A stretch of 64,000 nt of DNA from Candidatus Aminicenantes bacterium. GTDB lineage: Bacteria; Acidobacteriota; Aminicenantia; Aminicenantales; JAFGBC01. The position numbers and the translations under genes are program-made. Under the pieces are notes generated by a model. That model was not told the origin of the DNA and ran no database searches. It saw only the letters and a list, made by a program, of their open reading frames with translations. The DNA is taken from the NCBI GenBank assembly GCA_963702005.1, contig OY969696.1, positions 4,192,001-4,256,000 on the forward strand, read 5' to 3'. This document shows positions 9,362 through 18,405 of this stretch, in pieces (position 1 is the stretch's first letter; each line of letters opens with the position of its first letter).

Positions 9362-10566
9362 TGGGTCACCTGGATGATATTAAAGATGGGGAGGTAGACG
9401 GCCAGGAGCATGCCCGCCGCTACAAGCCCCATGAAGATGATGATGACGGGTTCGATCAGGGAAACCAGCGTGTCGATTCGGGCCCGGATCCGTCCGTCGT
9501 AGAAGTCGGCGACCTCGGCCAGCATCCCTTCCAGGTTGGCCGAGGTCTCCCCGATCCGGATCATGTCCAGGGACAGGGGCGGGAAGAATCCCGTTTGGGC
9601 GAGCGCCTCGGACAGGCTCTCGCCGTTCTTGATCTTGTCCTGGCAGCCGCTCGTCAGCCTGACCAGATATCTGTTGGGGACGGCGCAGCGGGCGATCCCG
9701 ATGGCCTGGAGGAGGCTGATCCCGGCTTCGAGAAGGAGTCCCAAGGTCCGACTGAACAGGGAAACCCCGGACTCGATGAAAATGGAATGGCCGTAGGGAA
9801 TTCGAAGCTTGATACGATCGACGAGGATGCGCCCCTCCTCCTTGCGCCGGAGGACGAAATAGCCAACGGTCAGGCCGATGAGCAGGATGAGAAAGAAGGG
9901 GATCTGTCTCCGGGCGGCCGTGGCGAAGGCCATCAGGTTTCTGGTCACGGCCGGGAGATTGGCCTCAAAGTCCGCGTAGAAGCTGGCGAAGCGGGGAAGG
10001 ATGAAATTGATGAGGATGGTCAGCAGGATGAGGGCGAAGGTGATGAGAAGGGTCGGATAGATGAGGGCCGACCGGATGCGGGACTTGGTCTGGGAGACGG
10101 TCCGGGCGTAGGTCAGGTAGCGGCTGATGGCGCCGGCCAGGTTCCCGCTCCGCTCGCCAGCCATCAGCGACGCCGTGTAAACCCTGCCGAATTGAGACTC
10201 GTGGGCGGCGAAACTGTCCGAGAGGGCCTTCCCTCCCCGGATGTCCTTCTCGACCGCCATCAGGAGCTCCTTGAAGGGAAGGTTCTTGATCCGGCCGACG
10301 ATGATCTCCATGCCGCGCAGGATGGGGTAGCCGGCCTTGATCAGGGCCATCAGCTCCTGGTTGAACATCAGGAAATCGCGGGCCTTGACTTTTTTCGTGA
10401 AGGGAAGGAGCCGGACCTGGATCTTCTTCCAATCCCGATGGACGGAGAGGACGCACAACCCTTCGCCCTCAAAACGGCGCCGGCATTCATCCAAGGAAGA
10501 GGCCAGGATCGTTTGGGAAAAGGCCTTCCCTTCATCCGTGGCTAACCGGCATGTAAAATAAGGCAT
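9358..10566 (-). CDS. Type II secretion system F / PilC inner-membrane platform protein
   Basis: AGERSGNL, SALIYP, IGETSANL, LIEPVII, YLPIF motifs. Confidence 0.95.
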   Translation of the reverse strand: MPYFTCRLATDEGKAFSQTILASSLDECRRRFEGEGLCVLSVHRDWKKIQVRLLPFTKKVKARDFLMFNQELMALIKAGYPILRGMEIIVGRIKNLPFKELLMAVEKDIRGGKALSDSFAAHESQFGRVYTASLMAGERSGNLAGAISRYLTYARTVSQTKSRIRSALIYPTLLITFALILLTILINFILPRFASFYADFEANLPAVTRNLMAFATAARRQIPFFLILLIGLTVGYFVLRRKEEGRILVDRIKLRIPYGHSIFIESGVSLFSRTLGLLLEAGISLLQAIGIARCAVPNRYLVRLTSGCQDKIKNGESLSEALAQTGFFPPLSLDMIRIGETSANLEGMLAEVADFYDGRIRARIDTLVSLIEPVIIIFMGLVAAGMLLAVYLPIFNIIQVTQ

Positions 10567-10617
10567 CTCAGACTCTTAATGATGCAGACCCGCACTCTCA
10601 CCCGTCGGGTAACTTCA

Positions 10618-10646
10618 ATATTAGGGAAATAGGGGTTTTTTGTCAA
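10618..10646 (-). promoter_or_regulatory. Sigma70 promoter of the pil/T2SS operon
   Basis: Minus strand TTGACA-17 bp-TAATAT. Confidence 0.6.
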
Positions 10647-10701
10647 ACTAGCGGCCCCCTTCTGACGGAGTCCGCCGCGGCCTCGGCCTTGGGGGCTCAG
10701 C

Positions 10702-11877
10702 TCACTCCCCGGCCAGATCGTACTTCTGGATGAGGGGGTTGAGCCTGGTCAGGAGCTCGTAGAACGACTGGCCGGCCCGCCCGGCGAGCTCGTAGGCCGT
10801 GACCTCCTCCCCCCCGTCGCGCCCGATGACCGTCACCGGGTCTTCGACCCGGGCGTCCGGGATATCGCTTAGATCGATCACAATCATGTCCATAGCGACG
10901 TTCCCCAGGACGCGGGCCCGGCGTCCCCGGACCAGGACCTCGGCCACCCGCGAGAGGGCGCGCGGAAAGCCGTGCCAGTAGCCGATCGGGCAGACCCCTA
11001 CGACCGAATCTCTGGTCAGCGTCTCGCTCAGGTCATACCCGATCCGGGCGCCCGCGCTAAGGCGTTTGACCTCCGAGACGATCGTCCGCCAGGAGAGGAC
11101 CGGCTTCAGTTCGAATTTGTTCTCGAAGAACGGCTTCATCTTCAAGGACGGCCAGAGCCCGACCAGCCCGATCCCGATCCGGACCATTTCGAAATGGGCC
11201 TCGGGAAAAAGAAAGACCCCGGCTGTGCCGCAGGCGTGGAGGAGCGGCCGGTACCCGGCTCCCCGAAAGACCGCGGCGGCGCGCCGAAAGGCTTCGATCT
11301 GGTCCCGGGTGTAGGCCGTGTCGTCCGGGTCCTTGGCGGCGGCGAAGTGGGTGTAGAGGCCCTCCACCTCGAGCCGGGGATGGTCCCGGCGCAGGATGCC
11401 CGCGAGTTTTGGGATTTGGGCCGGCAGGAAGCCCTGGCGGTGGAGGCCCGTGTCGATTTTGATATGGACCCGGACTCCATCGCCCACTCCCGAGCAGCCG
11501 AGGGCGGCCAGGCTCTCGAAGCTCGAGACGGTCAGGCTGATCCCGCGGCTCACCGCTTCCTCGAGGCGAGCCGGGAGCGTATAGCCCAGAACGAGGATGG
11601 GTTTCGCGATCCCGGTCTCCCGGAGCGTCACCGCCTCGACGATCGAATCCACGCCCAGCCAGTCCGCGCCCAGCCGGTCCACGGCGGGGACAAAGTCGTA
11701 CAGCCCATGCCCGTAGGCGTTGGACTTGGCGACGGCCATCAGCCGGCAGCCGGCGGGAAGGAGCCCTCGGAAAAGTCCGATGTTATGGGTCAGGGCGCTA
11801 CGGTCGAGCTCGATCCAGGTCCGGACGAGATGCTTTTCGATGACGGCGTCTGGATTAGATTTCGCTTCTATAGACAT
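10702..11877 (-). CDS. alr: Alanine racemase
   Basis: AVAKSNAYGHG PLP motif, KIDTGLHRQG, THFA, MVRIGIGL, IGYDL, MDMI. Confidence 0.95.
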   Translation of the reverse strand: MSIEAKSNPDAVIEKHLVRTWIELDRSALTHNIGLFRGLLPAGCRLMAVAKSNAYGHGLYDFVPAVDRLGADWLGVDSIVEAVTLRETGIAKPILVLGYTLPARLEEAVSRGISLTVSSFESLAALGCSGVGDGVRVHIKIDTGLHRQGFLPAQIPKLAGILRRDHPRLEVEGLYTHFAAAKDPDDTAYTRDQIEAFRRAAAVFRGAGYRPLLHACGTAGVFLFPEAHFEMVRIGIGLVGLWPSLKMKPFFENKFELKPVLSWRTIVSEVKRLSAGARIGYDLSETLTRDSVVGVCPIGYWHGFPRALSRVAEVLVRGRRARVLGNVAMDMIVIDLSDIPDARVEDPVTVIGRDGGEEVTAYELAGRAGQSFYELLTRLNPLIQKYDLAGE

Positions 11878-12115
11878 TCTTTCGATGTCCGATTCTAAGA
11901 ATAAGAACGTCCGGGCCTAATAATGCATAAATAATTCTATATTCCCCAACTCGGAATTTGCGAAGCCCGGCAAAAGAACCCTTCAAGACCGGATTAAGCT
12001 CGGGTTTCTTTGAAAGCTCCTGTTCAATTCGGTCGAGGATTCGGCCCGCTTCGGATTTAGACAGCTTTTTAAGGTCGCGCTGGACAGACTTTTTGTAGAC
12101 GATATTAAAGGCCAA
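11855..12115 (-). CDS. RelE/ParE-family toxin
   Basis: RKFRVGEYRIIY and IGHRKNVY RelE motifs. Confidence 0.9.
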   Translation of the reverse strand: MAFNIVYKKSVQRDLKKLSKSEAGRILDRIEQELSKKPELNPVLKGSFAGLRKFRVGEYRIIYALLGPDVLILRIGHRKNVYRSEI

Positions 12116-12323
12116 GGGACTTTCTCAGCTCTTTGCCAGAAATGATGGGATCGCTCTTATCATGGAGACGGTCCAGCGCCACCTGAAGATCTGCGAATTC
12201 CTCGATATAAGACTCTAAAGCCTTCTGGATGATGAAAGAACGCGGCCGCTCCGTCTCCTTGGCGATGGAGTCGAGTTGTTCCACGAGTTCTTTAGAAAGC
12301 CTCACCGATATCGCTGTATTCAT
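12105..12323 (-). CDS. Ribbon-helix-helix (CopG/RelB-like) antitoxin
   Basis: ISVRL...LDSIAKETERPRSFIIQKALESY RHH motif; overlaps the toxin start. Confidence 0.85.
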   Translation of the reverse strand: MNTAISVRLSKELVEQLDSIAKETERPRSFIIQKALESYIEEFADLQVALDRLHDKSDPIISGKELRKSLGL

Positions 12324-12343
12324 TTAGCATCTCCAATAATTGG

Positions 12344-12380
12344 TGTATTACAATGTAAACAACAAGGGTTGATTTGTCAA
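12344..12380 (-). promoter_or_regulatory. Toxin-antitoxin promoter with overlapping palindromic operator
   Basis: Minus strand TTGACA-17 bp-TACATT. The imperfect palindrome TGTATTACAATGTAAACA covers the -10 box. Confidence 0.65.
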
Positions 12381-12458
12381 CCGATATTTCCGGACTTATT
12401 AGAAAGGGCAGGCCGAGAACGGTCGGGGAGAATTCCAGAAAATGAATCGCTTCAGATC

Positions 12459-14132
12459 TTAATGCGTCGTGAACGTCCAGTCGTTGCCCGAGACCGCCCA
12501 CTCGGAGTCCTCGATGTCCTTCCCGTTGCCGACGGCCTTGACGTTCCAGGAGTAGGCCGTGGCCGAGGCAAGGCCGGAGAGTTTGAGATAGGCCCGGCCT
12601 TTTTTGACATTGTAATAGGTGTAGTTGCCGCTCCCGAGCTTGATCCGGACCTGATATTGGGTCTCTTCGGGGTAGGGCTTCTTATTTTGGTCGGTCCAGC
12701 GCAGGACGACGCTCGCCCCCACTCCCGTCGCCCCTTTCGCCGGCGCCTGTAAGAGCGCCGGGAACAGAACCTTCACCTTGAACACATAGGGCTTCAAGTT
12801 TCGAAGGACATATCCGATACCTTGATAATATTGACCGTCCCAATAGCCAGAATTCCTAACCCCGAAAATATCAATATCGCCATCATCATCCAAATCGCAC
12901 GGATAGCCCCGAATAATAAACAATCCCCGCTGAAAGGGAGGAAGCAACAGCTTGCTCATTTCGACGAACTGAGCGTTCCCCTTGTTCAGGAATACCTTCG
13001 GGCCGGAATCGTCACAGACATCAAAAAAATCCATCCAGCCGTCTCCGTTGAAATCCACGGGAATTATCGCGCTGCCGCTTCGAAATCTCAGATCGGAAAG
13101 AGAATCCGTGGCATCGCAAAACGTCCCGTCGCAATTATTCAACATGAGTTGATAGCCAAGGCCGCCCGGCTGATAAGTGCTGACGTGCATAATGAGATCC
13201 GGCCAGCCGTCTCGGTTAAAATCCGCAGAAGCAATACCAAAGGAACCATATCCTGGCCCTCGCCGTATGGGCGGCAAATAATTATCTGGCGCAAACTGGA
13301 AATGACTAGCCCCGTCATTTAAGAGAATTCGAGTCTTATTTTCTGCCATACCGGGATCGGGATAAGGACCCAATACGAGGTCTAGATCTCCGTCTTTGTC
13401 TGTATCTAATAAAAGGCAGCAGCTCATTAGGCCGTAATCACCGACTTCTCGTGCCGGGAAATTGTCATCGTCTTGCAGAAATGTCCCCTTACCATTATTG
13501 ATTAAGAAATATCTATCGGAGCAATAAATGTCTATATCTCCATCATTGTCGATATCTCCGCTGGTAGCTTCGATAGTTGAACCGAGAATAGACGGTAGGC
13601 ACGCGTCCGTTTTGTTGACTAAAGATCCCCGCGAGGTTTGAAAAAACAGCTGATTCTGAGCCCCAAATACAGGTTGCCAATCCATTCCCCCGGCCTCGGG
13701 CATGAACAAGTCTTGCCATCCATCAAGATTAAGATCTGCCACGACGGGTTGATTAGAGCTATAAGACCTGCCAGATTTAAAAACGAAAACGGTCGCATCA
13801 GTGAAATGTCCTTGCCCGTCATTCCTGAGCGCCGTCAAATAGCCCGGTCCAAACCCAATCGGTGAGCTCTGCGGTGGCCCGATTGACTCTCCAAAGACGA
13901 TATCCAAGTCCCCGTCATGATCAAAATCGACGGGAGCCACGGCCTCGATCCCTCCTGTCAAACGCTTTGGCAGATAAAAGGATTCGAGAGAAAAATAGTC
14001 GGTCGCGGTCTTTTTGGTTTGGCCGGCATAGAAAGCGCCGGACGCGAGCCGGTCCGTGGCTCCAGGATTCCCTTTGATCGAGATAAGGACAACCAGTCCG
14101 ATGATAATTATTATGAACTTTTCTTGTTTCAT
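12459..14132 (-). CDS. Secreted FG-GAP/VCBS-repeat protein with C-terminal Fn3-like domain (copy A)
   Basis: Signal peptide, repeated DxDxDGDxD motifs, C-terminal ...YSWNVKAVGNG...WTFTT. Confidence 0.85.
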   Translation of the reverse strand: MKQEKFIIIIIGLVVLISIKGNPGATDRLASGAFYAGQTKKTATDYFSLESFYLPKRLTGGIEAVAPVDFDHDGDLDIVFGESIGPPQSSPIGFGPGYLTALRNDGQGHFTDATVFVFKSGRSYSSNQPVVADLNLDGWQDLFMPEAGGMDWQPVFGAQNQLFFQTSRGSLVNKTDACLPSILGSTIEATSGDIDNDGDIDIYCSDRYFLINNGKGTFLQDDDNFPAREVGDYGLMSCCLLLDTDKDGDLDLVLGPYPDPGMAENKTRILLNDGASHFQFAPDNYLPPIRRGPGYGSFGIASADFNRDGWPDLIMHVSTYQPGGLGYQLMLNNCDGTFCDATDSLSDLRFRSGSAIIPVDFNGDGWMDFFDVCDDSGPKVFLNKGNAQFVEMSKLLLPPFQRGLFIIRGYPCDLDDDGDIDIFGVRNSGYWDGQYYQGIGYVLRNLKPYVFKVKVLFPALLQAPAKGATGVGASVVLRWTDQNKKPYPEETQYQVRIKLGSGNYTYYNVKKGRAYLKLSGLASATAYSWNVKAVGNGKDIEDSEWAVSGNDWTFTTH

Positions 14133-14155
14133 TTTGTTCTCCATATGCACGGAAC

Positions 14156-16705
14156 CTAATGGCTGATGGTGAAGGCGGCATTGCTGGTATCTGAAGGGGT
14201 TTTGTATCTTGCGCTGGTGATTCTTATTCTATAGTCGCTTCCTGCGGCCTGGCCGGACGGCACCTTCCACCCGTAGGAACCTTTGCCGTTTTTGCCAATC
14301 GCTGCATTGGCTTCAATTATGGCATTGGCCTTCGTGCCCTTTAGCAGCTCTATTTTTACGGATGCGCCCGTCTTGCCCGTAAAGTCCCACTTGACAGTCT
14401 GAGTTGAGCCGGCTTTCCATGTCTCTCCTCCATCGGGAGAGGTCAACGTAATGGCCGGGGAGGAAAAATCGAGCTTGGCCAGAAATGAATCCCAGCTTCC
14501 CTTCGGGAGTTTCTGATAGGGACCCCGGAGAGGAAAATCAGAAGAATGGGTCCAGCCGGCTACATACACGGCTCCGCGACTATCCACCGCGACTCCCGTT
14601 CCTTTGTCTCTTTCATATCCGCCAAGACACATAGAATAGGCAAGAACGTTCCCGGCGGGCATGAACTTCGTCACAAAAGCGTCGCCATTCATCGTTATTT
14701 TCTGGTAAGGGTTCTGAAAGGGAAAATTAATCGACCCGGTCTCTCCCGTGACATAGACATTCCCGTTATTGTCCACGGCGATATCGCCGGCTTCTTCCCA
14801 ATAGCTTCCGCCGAAATAGGTCGAGAAGACCGGAGTTAATCCCGAGGGCGCCAGTTTCGTTATAAACAAATCCAGGTTCCCGGCCCGGGCTTTCTGGAAG
14901 GCGTTCTTCACGGGGAAGTCATCCGAGTACGTTTCGCCGATGATGTAGGCGGCTCCCAGCCCATCCACCGCAATGCTATAGGGCCATTCCATCGAGGAGC
15001 CGCCAAGATAGGTGGAATAGATAAGCGCATTGCCCGTGGGCGAGAACTTGGCCACATAAGCGTCCGCCTCTCCCGCAAGCTTCTTTTGATAAGGATTCTG
15101 GAGAGGAAAATCCGGGGAGTCGGTCCAGCCCGTGACATAGGCGGAACCCGCACTGTCCACGGCAATTCCCCAACAGCCATCATGGAGTGTGCCGCCTAGG
15201 TATGTCGAATAGACAAGGGCATTGCCGGCGGGCGTGAACTTCGTTACGAAACCGTTCCAGACACCGCAGGAAGCCGTGCTTTGAAAAGGATTGACAAGCG
15301 GGAAGTTCGTAGAATTGGTCCAGCCGGTTACGTAAGCGGCGCCGGAGCTATCTACGGCAATGTCCCGGCCTCTATCCCAATAATTTAATCCTTCAGCTCC
15401 CGGAAAAGCATTAAGATAACTGGAATAGGCAAGGGCATTTCCCGCGGGACTTATTTTGGTTACAAAAACGTCGGTGCAACATCCTATGAATATAGACATA
15501 AGGGGATTCTGGAGGGGAAAATCGGAGGACCAGGTCTCACCCGTAACATAAGCCGCCCCGGAAGAATCTACGGCGATACCATAGGCCTCATCGATGCTGC
15601 TCCCTCCCAGGAAGGTCGAATAAACGAGGGCATTACCCGATGGGGCGAACTTGGCCACGAAGACATCGGGATTGCCCTTATTCTTATTCTGAAAAGAGCC
15701 CTTTAATGGGAAATCTGCGGAAGTCGTGTATCCAACCACATAGGCGGCAGCGGTTTTATCCACTGCGATGTCCGTGGCGAAATCGTCGCCGCTACCGCCG
15801 AGGTAGGTGGAGTAGATGAGGATGGGGTCGATCGTCAGGGCATGGGCGTGGTCGTAGCCGCCGACTTTGAATCCATAAATATTTTTACCGACTTCTTTGA
15901 ATTCCGATAAGACTTCAACCTTTCGCACGCCGATCCACTGGTAGCTGATCGGCTTGTGGTGTGAGAGCTGGCCAAAGATCGTTTCGACGACGAGATCGCC
16001 GCGCTCATCAATCCGGGAATCGCTGACATCTTGATATTCGAAGCGGATATCCTCTACCCGCGCGCCGGGCTTGATGATCCAGTCGTACTCCACCCGGCTC
16101 TCCACCCCATAAACTTTCAGGTCGATCCCCGGATAGAGATCCTCATAAAGAACGGCCCGGGAGGAAGGGATGTTGGTCTTCCATTTCGCCCGGTCATTGC
16201 CGATGAAATAATTAACCCGGTTTTCGGTCGGCTCGAGAGCGGATAGCCGAGGCTGCTTGTTCGCCCCAAGAAAGACGACCCTGGAAACGTCTCGCTTGAT
16301 GTTTACTGCCGTCTCCCGGTCTAGCCTCTCCTGCAGAAGGGCTTCCGGATCCTCCGTCAGCATTCTCTTTTTCCAGTCTAGGTTATCCGAATCCCGTTCG
16401 CGGATCGCCGCGTCAAACACCAGCCCTTTATTCGTCATCCAAAGCGTGTAACGCGAGGTCTTCGCATAGAACAGGGCTTCTGCGTCCACCTGCCCTTGAT
16501 TCGGAATAAAATAGAGCGGGATTTTTCCATAGTCCGGAACGAGGGCTCCCGGATTTTGATCGATCGCGGCCTGGGGAAGTTTTTGCGTGGCGACGATTTT
16601 TTCAGCTTGTCGGACTTGCCCGGCCGACGAGTCCCGCGGACCGGAGTAGCCAACCGCCAGCGCCCCGAATAAGATCAGAGCCGGAATCAGCCTTGACCGT
16701 CCCAT
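14156..16705 (-). CDS. SBBP beta-propeller repeat protein with C-terminal Ig-like (Kre9/Ser-Thr-rich-type) domain (copy A)
   Basis: FIPNQGQ N-domain, repeated YSTYLGG...IAVDxxGxAYVTG...DFP, SPDGGETW domain. AAGGAGG precedes ATG 16705. Confidence 0.85.
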   Translation of the reverse strand: MGRSRLIPALILFGALAVGYSGPRDSSAGQVRQAEKIVATQKLPQAAIDQNPGALVPDYGKIPLYFIPNQGQVDAEALFYAKTSRYTLWMTNKGLVFDAAIRERDSDNLDWKKRMLTEDPEALLQERLDRETAVNIKRDVSRVVFLGANKQPRLSALEPTENRVNYFIGNDRAKWKTNIPSSRAVLYEDLYPGIDLKVYGVESRVEYDWIIKPGARVEDIRFEYQDVSDSRIDERGDLVVETIFGQLSHHKPISYQWIGVRKVEVLSEFKEVGKNIYGFKVGGYDHAHALTIDPILIYSTYLGGSGDDFATDIAVDKTAAAYVVGYTTSADFPLKGSFQNKNKGNPDVFVAKFAPSGNALVYSTFLGGSSIDEAYGIAVDSSGAAYVTGETWSSDFPLQNPLMSIFIGCCTDVFVTKISPAGNALAYSSYLNAFPGAEGLNYWDRGRDIAVDSSGAAYVTGWTNSTNFPLVNPFQSTASCGVWNGFVTKFTPAGNALVYSTYLGGTLHDGCWGIAVDSAGSAYVTGWTDSPDFPLQNPYQKKLAGEADAYVAKFSPTGNALIYSTYLGGSSMEWPYSIAVDGLGAAYIIGETYSDDFPVKNAFQKARAGNLDLFITKLAPSGLTPVFSTYFGGSYWEEAGDIAVDNNGNVYVTGETGSINFPFQNPYQKITMNGDAFVTKFMPAGNVLAYSMCLGGYERDKGTGVAVDSRGAVYVAGWTHSSDFPLRGPYQKLPKGSWDSFLAKLDFSSPAITLTSPDGGETWKAGSTQTVKWDFTGKTGASVKIELLKGTKANAIIEANAAIGKNGKGSYGWKVPSGQAAGSDYRIRITSARYKTPSDTSNAAFTISH

Positions 16706-16732
16706 GGCCCCTCCTTGCCTTATCCAGAACAT

Positions 16733-18382
16733 TCACTTGGTCGTGAACGTCCAGTCGTTGCCCGAGACCGCCCACTCGGAGTCTTTAATGTCCTTTCCAT
16801 TCCCGACGGCCTTGACGTTCCAGGAATAGGTCGCGACTGCAGCAAGGCCGTTGAGCTGGAGATAGGCCCGGCCTTTTTTGACATTGTAATATGTGTAGTT
16901 CCCGCCCGCCAGCTTTATCCGGACTTGGTACTGGGTTTCCTCGGGATAAGGCTTCTTGTTCTGGTCGGTCCAGCGCAGGACGACGCTCGCGCCCACTCCT
17001 GTTGCCCCCTTCGCCGGCGCCTGCAAGAGAGCCGCGAACAGAACTTTCGTGCTGAAGACATAAGGATTTAAATTGCGGAAAACATAACCGGTATCGGGGC
17101 CATAGGGACCACCCACAACGAGAATGTCAGCGTCGTCATCTCTATCCATATCGAAAGGGACACAGACATAATAATAATTGTTCGTTGGAAAAGATAAAAG
17201 TCTTTTACTTGTTTCAATAAATTGAGCATTTCCTTTGTTTAGATAAATCTTCGGCCCACGTTCAGTAATCCCGATAAAATCCATCCACCCATCATTATTG
17301 AGGTCAGCCTCAACCGGCCTGATACCAGACACATTATTGGGAATGTTATTGGTGGCATCGCGAAATGTCCCGTTGCAATTGTTCAATAAAAGCTGAACTC
17401 GTGACTCAAGACTCTGTCCGTCGTAAATATTCATAATTAGATCCGGCCAGCCATCTTTGTTGAAGTCTGCGGACATAATTTTGTCGGTCACCGCGTTTTT
17501 ACCGCAGAGTTTTGGGGGCATAGAGTTATCGGGCGCATAATTGAAATATCCATTCCCATCGTTGAGTAGGATCCTATCGTTTTCCCTCCAACCTGTTGCA
17601 CCCAAAACCACATCCATATCGCCGTCCTTGTCCACATCCACAAGAAGAGCAGAATCATATCTGTGATCATACCAATCGGGGACTTTGGTCATATCCGCAG
17701 GCAGGTTGTCATTCTTGAAAGTAAAATAGCCTTTGCCGTCATTAATCAAAAAAAACGGCGTGAGAGGTATAGGCCCTCCCGGAGCGCAATATATGTCTAA
17801 ATCACCGTCATGATCGATATCTCCTGCTGAAGCTTGATACGTAAATGCCATGATGTCTGGAAGACGGGGGCGAGTTTCATTTCTTAAGCGGCCTCTGGGA
17901 GTTTGAATAAAAATTTGATTTTGGGCGCCAAAATGGTAATCCCGGTCGTCTCCGCCATCAGGAAGGAAGAGGTCCTTAAGACCGTCATGGTTAAAATCTT
18001 CCGCGAGGCCACCGGAAGGGAAGGTCGCGGTGTCATGAAAAAAAACCCTAGTGGTCACATCGCTAAAATGCCCCTGGCCATCATTCCGGAGTGCAATCAG
18101 AAGGGCATTTCCATAGGGGGTAGGCGGCGGCGGGCAGGATAATTGAGTTACAATAACATCTAAATCTCCGTCATTATCAAAATCTATAGGGATCAGATTG
18201 CAAAGGTTTCCCTCATTCCAGGGAAAGGGGAATGTCTCAACAGCAAAATATTTCTTGGGAAAAAGTCTCTCCCTTTTATTTACAGGCAGATCATTAGCAA
18301 AGATATTGAAGCCCATCCAAAGATCCATCATAAACAGGACTAAATATCCCAGCACGGTTTTTAATATGTTGCTTTGCTTCAT
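16733..18382 (-). CDS. Secreted FG-GAP/VCBS-repeat protein with C-terminal Fn3-like domain (copy B)
   Basis: Paralog of 12459-14132; last ~105 aa nearly identical. Confidence 0.85.
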   Translation of the reverse strand: MKQSNILKTVLGYLVLFMMDLWMGFNIFANDLPVNKRERLFPKKYFAVETFPFPWNEGNLCNLIPIDFDNDGDLDVIVTQLSCPPPPTPYGNALLIALRNDGQGHFSDVTTRVFFHDTATFPSGGLAEDFNHDGLKDLFLPDGGDDRDYHFGAQNQIFIQTPRGRLRNETRPRLPDIMAFTYQASAGDIDHDGDLDIYCAPGGPIPLTPFFLINDGKGYFTFKNDNLPADMTKVPDWYDHRYDSALLVDVDKDGDMDVVLGATGWRENDRILLNDGNGYFNYAPDNSMPPKLCGKNAVTDKIMSADFNKDGWPDLIMNIYDGQSLESRVQLLLNNCNGTFRDATNNIPNNVSGIRPVEADLNNDGWMDFIGITERGPKIYLNKGNAQFIETSKRLLSFPTNNYYYVCVPFDMDRDDDADILVVGGPYGPDTGYVFRNLNPYVFSTKVLFAALLQAPAKGATGVGASVVLRWTDQNKKPYPEETQYQVRIKLAGGNYTYYNVKKGRAYLQLNGLAAVATYSWNVKAVGNGKDIKDSEWAVSGNDWTFTTK

Positions 18383-18405
18383 GTTGCCTTCCACCCAAAA
18401 TCTTC

